Positions 55,978 to 64,000 of a stretch of DNA of 64,000 nt are shown here, piece after piece. The stretch comes from Bdellovibrionota bacterium (lineage in GTDB: Bacteria > Bdellovibrionota_C > UBA2361 > CAKMMH01), in contig JBMNLI010000010.1 of assembly GCA_050952645.1 (NCBI GenBank), positions 64,001 to 128,000 of the forward strand, given 5' to 3'. The first letter of the stretch is position 1. Every line of letters starts with the position of its first letter. Below the pieces are notes generated by a model, which was not told where the DNA came from, made no database searches, and worked only from the letters and a program-made list of their open reading frames with translations. The position numbers and the translations under genes were made by a program.

Positions 55978-56100
55978 ATTCTTCACGCTTTAAGATGGCT
56001 TTAAATCCTCAAAAATTAGTATCTCTTCACGCACACAGCCCAAAGAAAACAATTTTTCTAACCCACCTAAAACGTCAAAGAACCTAATTTTTTATATTTT

Positions 56101-56718
56101 CTAAACGTATTTTAAGGCAAGTTTTACTAACTCCGCAGTGTCTTTTATATTTCGTCCTTCATTAGAAGATTTTGCTGATTTAATAGCCTCGGCTGCAACA
56201 CTATTTAAAAATCCTAGCCCCCTTAATGCTAAAATAGCTTCTTTCTCGGCTACATTTTCGACATCACTTAAAGTCACACTCTCTCCACTTTCCACAGTTC
56301 CTACAAACTCACCAGCATATTTTGCTACTTTATCTTTAAGCTCTAATAAAATTCTCTCGCAAGTTTTCTTACCTATTCCTTTAATCTTAGAAAGTCTAGC
56401 CAAATCGCTAGTTCCTATAAGTCTTAAAAGTTCAACTTTGTCAATTTGAGAAATTATATCAGATGCAACCTTTACACCAATGCCTTTTACCTCAAGAAGC
56501 AACTTAAAAACTTGCTTCTCTAATTTATCCTCAAAGCCATAAAGCTTTATGCTATCTTCCTTTACATCTGTATAAATTACTACGGTCGTTTCCTGCCCAA
56601 TTTTAAGAGAAGCCTTGCATTTATAAGAACAAAAAATCTCATAATATACCCCTGAAACATCGAGCAAAATAGATTTACTTTCTATATCCGACACGATACC
56701 CTTTAAAGCCCCTATCAT
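56101..56718 (-). CDS. ruvA: Holliday junction branch migration protein RuvA
   Basis: Motifs MIGALKG, LYGF, VKGIGVK and IKGIGKKTCERILLELKDK. Confidence 0.96.
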   Translation of the reverse strand: MIGALKGIVSDIESKSILLDVSGVYYEIFCSYKCKASLKIGQETTVVIYTDVKEDSIKLYGFEDKLEKQVFKLLLEVKGIGVKVASDIISQIDKVELLRLIGTSDLARLSKIKGIGKKTCERILLELKDKVAKYAGEFVGTVESGESVTLSDVENVAEKEAILALRGLGFLNSVAAEAIKSAKSSNEGRNIKDTAELVKLALKYV

Positions 56719-56750
56719 TTTTTTTATTTCCTTTTTATTTTAAAATATAT

Positions 56751-57479
56751 TTATATATCATCATCCGTATCAAAATTAGTTACTACTTGCTGAACATCGT
56801 CTAAGTCCTCTAAAGCTTCTAAGCATTTAATAACCGATTGCGCATCATCTCCAGAAACATTAACTGTAGTTAAAGGAACTTTTTGAATCTCACCAGAACA
56901 ATCTATATTATTCTTATTTAAAATTTCTAAAACTTCTAAAAAACTACTAGGACTCGTGTAAATTTCCCATACATCATCTTCATTAGATATATCATCTACC
57001 CGAGCTTCTAAAACAAGCTCATAAAGCTCTTCTTCACTCGCTACTTCTTTTAAAACTCTTATCACCCCCTTATCTTCAAAAAGATAAGAAACCGAACCTG
57101 AGCTTCCAAGCGACCCACCGTGCTTATTTAATGCATGCCTTACCTCAGCAACGGTTCTATTTTTATTATCAGTTAATGTCATAATTAAACATGCAACTCC
57201 ACTCGGAGCATACCCCTCGTAAGTAATTTCTTCATAATTTTCCGTATCAGTAGCGCCAGATGCTTTTTTAATAGCAGCATCTATTTTATCGATAGGAACA
57301 CTACTCATTTTAGCATTCTGCACGGCAACTTTTAAACGAGCATTTCCATCTATATTAGCTCCACCACTTTTTACAGCTACCGTAATTTCTCGTAGCATCT
57401 TTGTTAGCATTTTTCCTCTTTTAGCATCTACTACTGCTTTTTTTCTTTTTATCGTTGACCACTTTGAATGTCCAGACAT
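56751..57479 (-). CDS. YebC/PmpR family protein
   Basis: Motifs MSGHSKWSTIKRKK, YEGY, TDNKNRT and LEDLDDVQ. Confidence 0.97.
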   Translation of the reverse strand: MSGHSKWSTIKRKKAVVDAKRGKMLTKMLREITVAVKSGGANIDGNARLKVAVQNAKMSSVPIDKIDAAIKKASGATDTENYEEITYEGYAPSGVACLIMTLTDNKNRTVAEVRHALNKHGGSLGSSGSVSYLFEDKGVIRVLKEVASEEELYELVLEARVDDISNEDDVWEIYTSPSSFLEVLEILNKNNIDCSGEIQKVPLTTVNVSGDDAQSVIKCLEALEDLDDVQQVVTNFDTDDDI

Positions 57480-57534
57480 TTTAAAATTTCCTTATATAAA
57501 AAATAGATAAAATCTAGTATTATGAATTTTAAGT

Positions 57535-59994
57535 ATGCAAAAAAATACCAGAAAAGAAAACACCGCTAGTTTTAACAAAACTTCAATAATTTCTATTATT
57601 ATCTTAATAATCTTAGCTATAATAGCATATTTGTTTTATTCTTTAAACCAGTATGTAAGGCAAACTTTTGAAGAAAAAAGTAAGGCTAATACTAAAATCC
57701 TTACAGATATTATAAGAATTAAACTAGATGCTCGTCTTAATAAAGAGATAATCTTAAATTTTTTACAAAAATTAAATTACGTAAATGTAAAACAAGCGTC
57801 TTTAAAAGAGGGAGAGTATTTTATAGAAACCGTAGCACATAAAAACGGCATTCTTAATGATAACCCTTATAATATTTATATCTATAGGCGAAGTATAAAA
57901 AGTAGCAAATACAACTTTCCTAAAACTCTTTATAAATTAGATTTTAAAAATAATATTATTACTTGCTATAAAGACACGCCATGCAAAGAGTTTATTTTAG
58001 AACCACTAGCTTTAGCATCAAATAAAAACTTAAAAGACAAATTAAAATATAATAAACTTAGCGAGTTTAATAAAACCCTAATAGACACTTTAATATTAAT
58101 CGAAGATAAAAGATTTTATAAACATTTTGGACTCGATATAAAAAGCATTATAAGGGCACTTTACGTTAATACTATCAACTGGAAAACTAAGCAAGGCGCT
58201 AGCACATTAACTCAGCAACTAGTAAAAAATATGTTTTTAAGTAAAGATAGAAAGCTTTTACGAAAAATAAAGGAAGCTTTTTTAAGTATCTATATTGAAT
58301 GCCTATATTCAAAAAATGAAATTTTAGAAAAATATTTAAACTCGGTATATCTAGGACAAGATGGCAACGCCGCCATAAAAGGGTTTTATGAAGCATCGAA
58401 ATTTTATTTTAACAAAAATATAAATGAACTCGACATATCTCAAATAGCTCTTCTTGTAGGTATGATAAAAGCCCCGAGTGCGTATTCTCCTATTTTAAAT
58501 TATAAATCTTCTATAAAAAGGCGGAATGTAGTTTTAAGAAAACTTTTAGATGAAAAATATATCGATACTAAAACTTTTTTAGTAGCTTCTAGGCAAGATA
58601 TTAAGTTAAACATAAGAAGAGAAAAAGAAACTATCGACAATTATTTTTACGATGCTTTAATTTCTAATGTTCCTAATAAACATTTTAAAAACTCTTCTTA
58701 TATCACCACCGGGCTTAATCCCCTATTTCAGCTTTGTGCAAAGGAGGCTATAAACGATGGGCTAGAAAATATAAAAGCAAAGAGTAAGCAAACGAAAAGT
58801 AATTTAAACGATATTCAAGCTTCTTTAGTAAGCATCGACAGCAAGACTGGGCTTATAGTTTCTTATATTGGAGGAGCCGATTACAACAAAAGCGAGTTTG
58901 ATAGAGTAAGACAAGGCAAAAGGCAAATAGGTTCTCTTATAAAGCCTTTTATTTATTTAACTGCTCTAGACCCTAATTTAAATGATTACAAGCAAGCTAC
59001 CCCACTTTCCATATTAGAAGATAGACCTTTAGTGCTTTTAGATGCTAACAAAAGAAAGTGGAGGCCTACAAATTACGACAAAAGATATAGAGGTTATACT
59101 ACATTGCGTGAAGCACTAGAAAACTCTTTAAACATTCCTACTATAAATTTAAGTTTGAAAGTAGGACTAAAAAACGTAGCATCAGTTTTAAAAAAGGTTA
59201 ATATAAAAAATGTAAATGATAAAAATTTAGCATTATCGTTAGGGGCTATAGATTTATCGCTTCTTGAAATCACATCATCTTATACGACATTTTCAAACGA
59301 TGGGCATTTTATATCACCTAGGTTTTATAGTGAAATTTATGATAATAAAAATAATATAATAAATCGCTCAAATATTGATGAGAAAAATGTAGCAAGCCTA
59401 GAGGCTACATTTATTTTAAATAAAATATTACAAGGAGTTCTTAAAACTGGCACTGGAAGAAGCTCTAGGAGATTTGAGATAAGCCCTAATTTTGCAGGCA
59501 AAACTGGCACTTCCGATAGCCAAAGAGATAATTGGTTTATAGGGTATAATCCAAGGCACGTTACTGGCGTTTGGGTTGGGCGTGATAATAATAAAAAGAT
59601 GCCATTTACAGGAGCTATGACTGCACTTCCTATCTGGGCAAGCTACATTAACTGTGTTTCAAATTATATTGAAGATGAGCCATTTAAAAAACCTAAAAAC
59701 GTAGAAGAGGTGCTTATAAATAAATTAACGCTAGACGAATGTAAACTAGACGAATGTAAACTAGACGAATGTAAAAAAGAAGAGGCTAATAAAGAAAACA
59801 AAACTAAAGAGGATATAATTTTAGAAAAAGAAAAAGATATATTTGAAACTCCAAAAATTAAAAATAAGACAAACGAAAACTGCTATAAAGAATATTTTAT
59901 AAAAGACACACGCACAAAATCGATAAAAGAAGAAACTATAAATATAAAAAAGATATCAAAAAAGAGAAGATTTTTTGATATTATGGGGAATTAA
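57535..59994 (+). CDS. Class A penicillin-binding protein (PBP1B-like)
   Basis: Transglycosylase motifs EDKRFYKH, QGASTLTQQLVKN and RKIKE; transpeptidase motifs GSLIKPF, SLN and KTGT. Confidence 0.93.
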   Translation: MQKNTRKENTASFNKTSIISIIILIILAIIAYLFYSLNQYVRQTFEEKSKANTKILTDIIRIKLDARLNKEIILNFLQKLNYVNVKQASLKEGEYFIETVAHKNGILNDNPYNIYIYRRSIKSSKYNFPKTLYKLDFKNNIITCYKDTPCKEFILEPLALASNKNLKDKLKYNKLSEFNKTLIDTLILIEDKRFYKHFGLDIKSIIRALYVNTINWKTKQGASTLTQQLVKNMFLSKDRKLLRKIKEAFLSIYIECLYSKNEILEKYLNSVYLGQDGNAAIKGFYEASKFYFNKNINELDISQIALLVGMIKAPSAYSPILNYKSSIKRRNVVLRKLLDEKYIDTKTFLVASRQDIKLNIRREKETIDNYFYDALISNVPNKHFKNSSYITTGLNPLFQLCAKEAINDGLENIKAKSKQTKSNLNDIQASLVSIDSKTGLIVSYIGGADYNKSEFDRVRQGKRQIGSLIKPFIYLTALDPNLNDYKQATPLSILEDRPLVLLDANKRKWRPTNYDKRYRGYTTLREALENSLNIPTINLSLKVGLKNVASVLKKVNIKNVNDKNLALSLGAIDLSLLEITSSYTTFSNDGHFISPRFYSEIYDNKNNIINRSNIDEKNVASLEATFILNKILQGVLKTGTGRSSRRFEISPNFAGKTGTSDSQRDNWFIGYNPRHVTGVWVGRDNNKKMPFTGAMTALPIWASYINCVSNYIEDEPFKKPKNVEEVLINKLTLDECKLDECKLDECKKEEANKENKTKEDIILEKEKDIFETPKIKNKTNENCYKEYFIKDTRTKSIKEETINIKKISKKRRFFDIMGN

Positions 59995-60037
59995 TATCAC
60001 AAAGATATAAATAAATTACTATTTCATTCTTTTATAT

Positions 60038-62263
60038 TTATATATCTTTATCATTTATATACTCGCTATCATCTCCTATATCACTTTCAGTTTCATCGTC
60101 TATATCTTCTTTTGCATAAAGTGTTACTAAAAAATCATTTGATTCATATCCGAATAACTCTAAAAGCTTTGAAATTGCTTCAAATACAGCTTTTGAACTA
60201 TTAAAAGTGTTTACATAAAATTCATTTCTAAGAATCTCAACTGGGTTTCTCATTCCTTTATCATTCTTAGCGATAAAATTAATTTCTTTTTCTTTTACCA
60301 ATTCTTTTAACAAATCTTTATTTTCTTGACAAAGTAATTTGACAAATTCTTTAAATAAATTATTATAACTTGCTGCCTCAATTATATATTCTTTCTCTTT
60401 CAATACGAATGAATAAGGATGCCTATATTTAAACACATCCGTATTCTCTATAGTTATCGGTTCATCTAGCGGCGGACGTTCATCGGTAAAGATTATATCA
60501 TCATCTTTTACTTTTTCTACTTTTAATAAAGCAATTAACTTTTCAGCGAGTTCTTTTCCACGTTTTCTAACTTGATCACTTCCCCATTTTAATTTATTTA
60601 TTACAGACTTATTAAGTTCCGAAAATTTTCCATTTTCTTTAAGACTGTTTTTCTTAAATTCAAAAGTCTTATTTCCCATTTCTGAATTATAACCTGTTAA
60701 TGACAAATTGCCTAAACAGTGAAGCCAATCATTATAGTCTTCACCTTTTTTTAGATATCTTCTCCAATCAGAATTAATAGTTCTTGGAAATATATGTTCA
60801 ATTGTAATCTTATCATCTATCGCAACTTGCTCTTTATTATTATCACCATTTTCAATCTTATATAAAAGATATTTAGTTAACGATCTATTATAATCATAAA
60901 GAGAATCTTCTACTAATGATTCCTTAAACATATCATCTGTAGGCATTTCTCCTTGCTCAAAAAAATACTTATTTATTGCTTCATAATACTTATTGTAATA
61001 CTCTTTATTTTCAAATATTCGTTCATAAGCACTAGCAAAATACCTATTTAAGAACTTCGTATCTCTGACGTATACTAAAAATTTAACTAAATAAGCACGA
61101 ACTAGAAACAACACTTTTTATAAAATCTCAAAATCAATTTTGTTATTTATATAATCTTCAAAAATATGAAGCAAAAAAGGATAGCAAGTAGTTTGGTCTA
61201 TCTCTAAAATATCATCTAGATAACATCTTATTTGTGCATATTCTCTAGCATTTTTTGATAATCGTATGTGAATAGCATCAGGATATTCTGATGTTATTTG
61301 ATCTCCCCAAATAAAAAACTCATATATATCAAAATATTTATATATATCATCTATTATATCTTCTTTAGAATCTGCATTTTCATAACACTTTTTAAAAGCC
61401 TCATAAAGATATTTTTTCTTAACTATTGAATTATTTTTAAATATTAAAAGATGAAAGAAAAACAAATTAAGCCAATAATCATCAACTAAACTTTCTTCAA
61501 TATTTTGCCATTTTTTATAGCACCTTTCCCTATCTTCTTTTTTTACAACACCCATAAGTAAAAAATTTCTAATTAAATCTGAATTCGACAATGATTTTCC
61601 TGTAGAGTTAACACTTTCAAACACGACCTGTGGATCATCGTTCTCATCTAACATTATCTCAACAACTATCAGCTTTTTAATAGCTTCTAAAATATCTTTT
61701 GCTCTATGTCCTTTTTCTAACCAACTATTTAATTCTAATTTACATTTTTTATAATTTTTACAAATTTCAGATTCTATATTAGATAAAACATATTCATCAT
61801 TTTTATCTACATTCATTAACGTATAAAACACTTCATCATCACCCGATACTTGTTTTAATTTAATTTTATATTTTTCACTCTTATTTTCTAAAATTTCTTT
61901 TATATTATTTTTTACTAAAAGTTCTTCATTATCACATTCTTTATTATTTAAAATGACTAATAATGCTTTAAGTAAAATCATAACGGTAGTAATGCGCTGT
62001 TGCCCGTCTATAATTATATAGCTTGTTGGTTCATCAGCTTTTAACCCTGCTCTATATTCCTGAACATCAATAATAACTCCAAAAAAATGATTATAATTTT
62101 GATGTGGATTTTCCTTATATTTTTTTATTATCTTTTCAATATCCTCGAGTAATCTTTTTACATTCTCTATCTTCCAATCATAATTCCTTTGATAATCTGG
62201 AATTTCAAATACTGCATTACGCTCTATAAGGTCATACATTGAAATTTTTGCTGGTTCATGCAT
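60038..62263 (-). pseudogene. GmrSD-like (DUF262 + DUF1524/HNH) restriction protein with an in-frame TAA
   Basis: IPDYQRNYDW, IIDGQQRITT and FESVNSTG, then TIEHIFP and LGNL..N. The two ORFs are in the same frame, separated by TAA at 61118-61120. Confidence 0.88.
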
Positions 62264-62325
62264 CGTTATTATCTCCTTTTTATATTAAAAAATGACTTTA
62301 TCCATTTTCATCAAAAGTAGAAATT

Positions 62326-62559
62326 TCACCCCTTTATCACCTCTAACTTTTTTTCTGCTCCATCTAAAAGGCTGCTAATTTTTTGTAGGATTTTACTTCC
62401 TCTTTCATAAGCAACAATGGCCGTATCTAGTGGAAGTTCTCCTGCTTCAACTAGTTTTATTAAAGCTTCTAGCACCTCAGTTCCTTCCTCAAACTTTAAA
62501 TCATCTAAAATTTTATCATCAAAATTATCTGCTAATAAATCTTTTACTTTAATTTTCAT
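62326..62559 (-). CDS. xseB: Exonuclease VII small subunit
   Basis: FEE...LE..I..VEAGELPLD.AI..YERG; follows xseA. Confidence 0.9.
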   Translation of the reverse strand: MKIKVKDLLADNFDDKILDDLKFEEGTEVLEALIKLVEAGELPLDTAIVAYERGSKILQKISSLLDGAEKKLEVIKG

Positions 62560-62580
62560 AAATTATTATCCTTTAAAAAT

Positions 62581-63894
62581 TTATTTAATTACTTTAGAAC
62601 AAATATCTCCATCATAAAATATGATATTTATATTATCCCCTACTTTCAAACCTTTTTTAGAAACTAATATTTTATCTTTCTGTTTTACTATCGAATAACC
62701 TCTCTTTAAAGTCTTTTTATAATCAAACGCTTTAAACAAATTTTTTTGCGACTCTAAAATTTGCCTTTTCTTATCAAAAAGTAAATTTATAGCCCTTAAA
62801 AAATCATTCCTAATTATTTTTATCTTCTCTTTATTTTCATCTAACTTATTTTTAGGATTTAATTTTAATAATCTTTCTTTTAATACATTTAATTTTTCCT
62901 TCTTAAGCTTGATTTGATTTTTAGGATCTAAAATATGAAATTTATTTTTTATTTTTTCTAAACTAAAAGAAAACTCTAAAACATTATGCTTAAATGATTT
63001 ATAAAGTCTTTCTTCGATAAATGATAGATTCTGCCTATAAACCAATAAGAATCTATGAAAATCTTTTAACCTAGTTTCAAAAAATTTTACCTTTTCTAAA
63101 AGCTCTTTTCTGTCTGGCAGTGCCACCTCGGCAGCTCCCGTAGGGGTAGGCGCTCTATAATCTGCTACTAAATCTGCTAAACTTACATCGCTTTCGTGTC
63201 CTACGGCTGAAATAACTGGAATTTTTGATGCATATATTGCACAGGCTACCTCCTCTTCATTAAAGCACCATAAATCCTCTAGGCTTCCTCCCCCACGTCC
63301 TACGATAAGCACATCTACATTTTGAAGCTCATTAAATTTACGTATAGCATTTGCTATCTCTTTAGAAGCGCCATCACCTTGCACTCGAACATCGATTAAA
63401 TACACTTGGCAAATTGGCATTCTCTCTTTTACCTTAAACATTATATCGTGTATTACAGCGCCCGAAAAAGACGTTACTACACCAATAGCTTTAGGAAAAA
63501 ACGGAAGCGGTCTTTTTCTACTTTTATCAAAAAGCCCTTGCGCTTCTAATTTCTTTTTTAATTCCTCATATTTTTTCTTTAAGTCGCCCTCTCCTTGAAG
63601 CTCCATGCTCGAAACTACCATTTGAAATCTTCCAGATTTCCCATAAAGGCTACAACGCCCTACGCATACGACCATATCGCCCTGTTTAGGAGTAAATTTT
63701 ATAGAGTTAGCATAGCTTCTCCACATTGCACATGAAATTTGAGACTCTTCATCTTTTACTGTAAAATAGATATGACCTGTTTGCGAAAATTGCACTTGTG
63801 CAATTTCTCCTATAAAAGAAACGTTTTCTAATGTATTTTCTAAAACGTTGTTAATTGTTAATATTAGTTCTGTAATACTTGAAAATTTATACAT
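62581..63894 (-). CDS. xseA: Exonuclease VII large subunit
   Basis: Motifs GHIYFTVKD, GRGGGSLEDLWCFNEE, SAVGHESD and APTPTGAAE. Confidence 0.97.
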   Translation of the reverse strand: MYKFSSITELILTINNVLENTLENVSFIGEIAQVQFSQTGHIYFTVKDEESQISCAMWRSYANSIKFTPKQGDMVVCVGRCSLYGKSGRFQMVVSSMELQGEGDLKKKYEELKKKLEAQGLFDKSRKRPLPFFPKAIGVVTSFSGAVIHDIMFKVKERMPICQVYLIDVRVQGDGASKEIANAIRKFNELQNVDVLIVGRGGGSLEDLWCFNEEEVACAIYASKIPVISAVGHESDVSLADLVADYRAPTPTGAAEVALPDRKELLEKVKFFETRLKDFHRFLLVYRQNLSFIEERLYKSFKHNVLEFSFSLEKIKNKFHILDPKNQIKLKKEKLNVLKERLLKLNPKNKLDENKEKIKIIRNDFLRAINLLFDKKRQILESQKNLFKAFDYKKTLKRGYSIVKQKDKILVSKKGLKVGDNINIIFYDGDICSKVIK

Positions 63895-64000
63895 CTTCTA
63901 TTAAAAATTTTATTAAAAAGTTCCGACATTAAATTATATTATGGGAAAATTACAAACGAATAAATATAGCATAAATTATGCCTTAGAATTTATCAATACT

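Larger units (their letters stand above)
55108..56084. mobile_element. Composite MITE-bounded element (copies E 55108-55187 and F ~55979-56084)
   Basis: A perfect 39-bp inverted repeat at 55108-55146 and 56046-56084. Confidence 0.7.

Noticed and set aside
61118..61120. Stop-codon reassignment explaining the in-frame TAA
   Set aside because: TAA, TAG and TGA all terminate conserved genes normally in this window.

Overview
This is a very AT-rich bacterial chromosomal segment. The RpoB/RpoC and envelope genes look deltaproteobacterial or Bdellovibrionota-like (inference only). The housekeeping backbone is dnaK (partial)-grpE, rpoBC-rplLJAK-nusG-secE, queA-tgt-yajC-secDF, murB-ftsQ-ftsA, tatBC, nfo, yicC-gmk, LPS core genes, yebC-ruvA, a class A PBP, xseAB and two tRNAs (His-GUG, Arg-UCG). 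The accessory content includes a surface-glycosylation-like cluster with a Cys/Thr-Pro-rich secreted protein downstream of rpoC, a frameshifted AlbA_2/Schlafen-type gene and a stop-interrupted GmrSD-like gene. The most striking structure is a four-level nest at 44.2-48.6 kb, bracketed by a 31-bp direct repeat that carries the tRNA-His -35 box. A modular MITE holds a 98-bp tandem hairpin array; a group IIC intron sits at the foot of one hairpin; and an IS1634-like element splits the intron RT. The same MITE family (TIR about GGTTCTTCACGTTTTAGGTGGGTT, 8-bp TSD) occurs at five loci, one of which looks like a composite element carrying a passenger gene. All calls come from reading the sequence and recognising motifs; no database searches were run.
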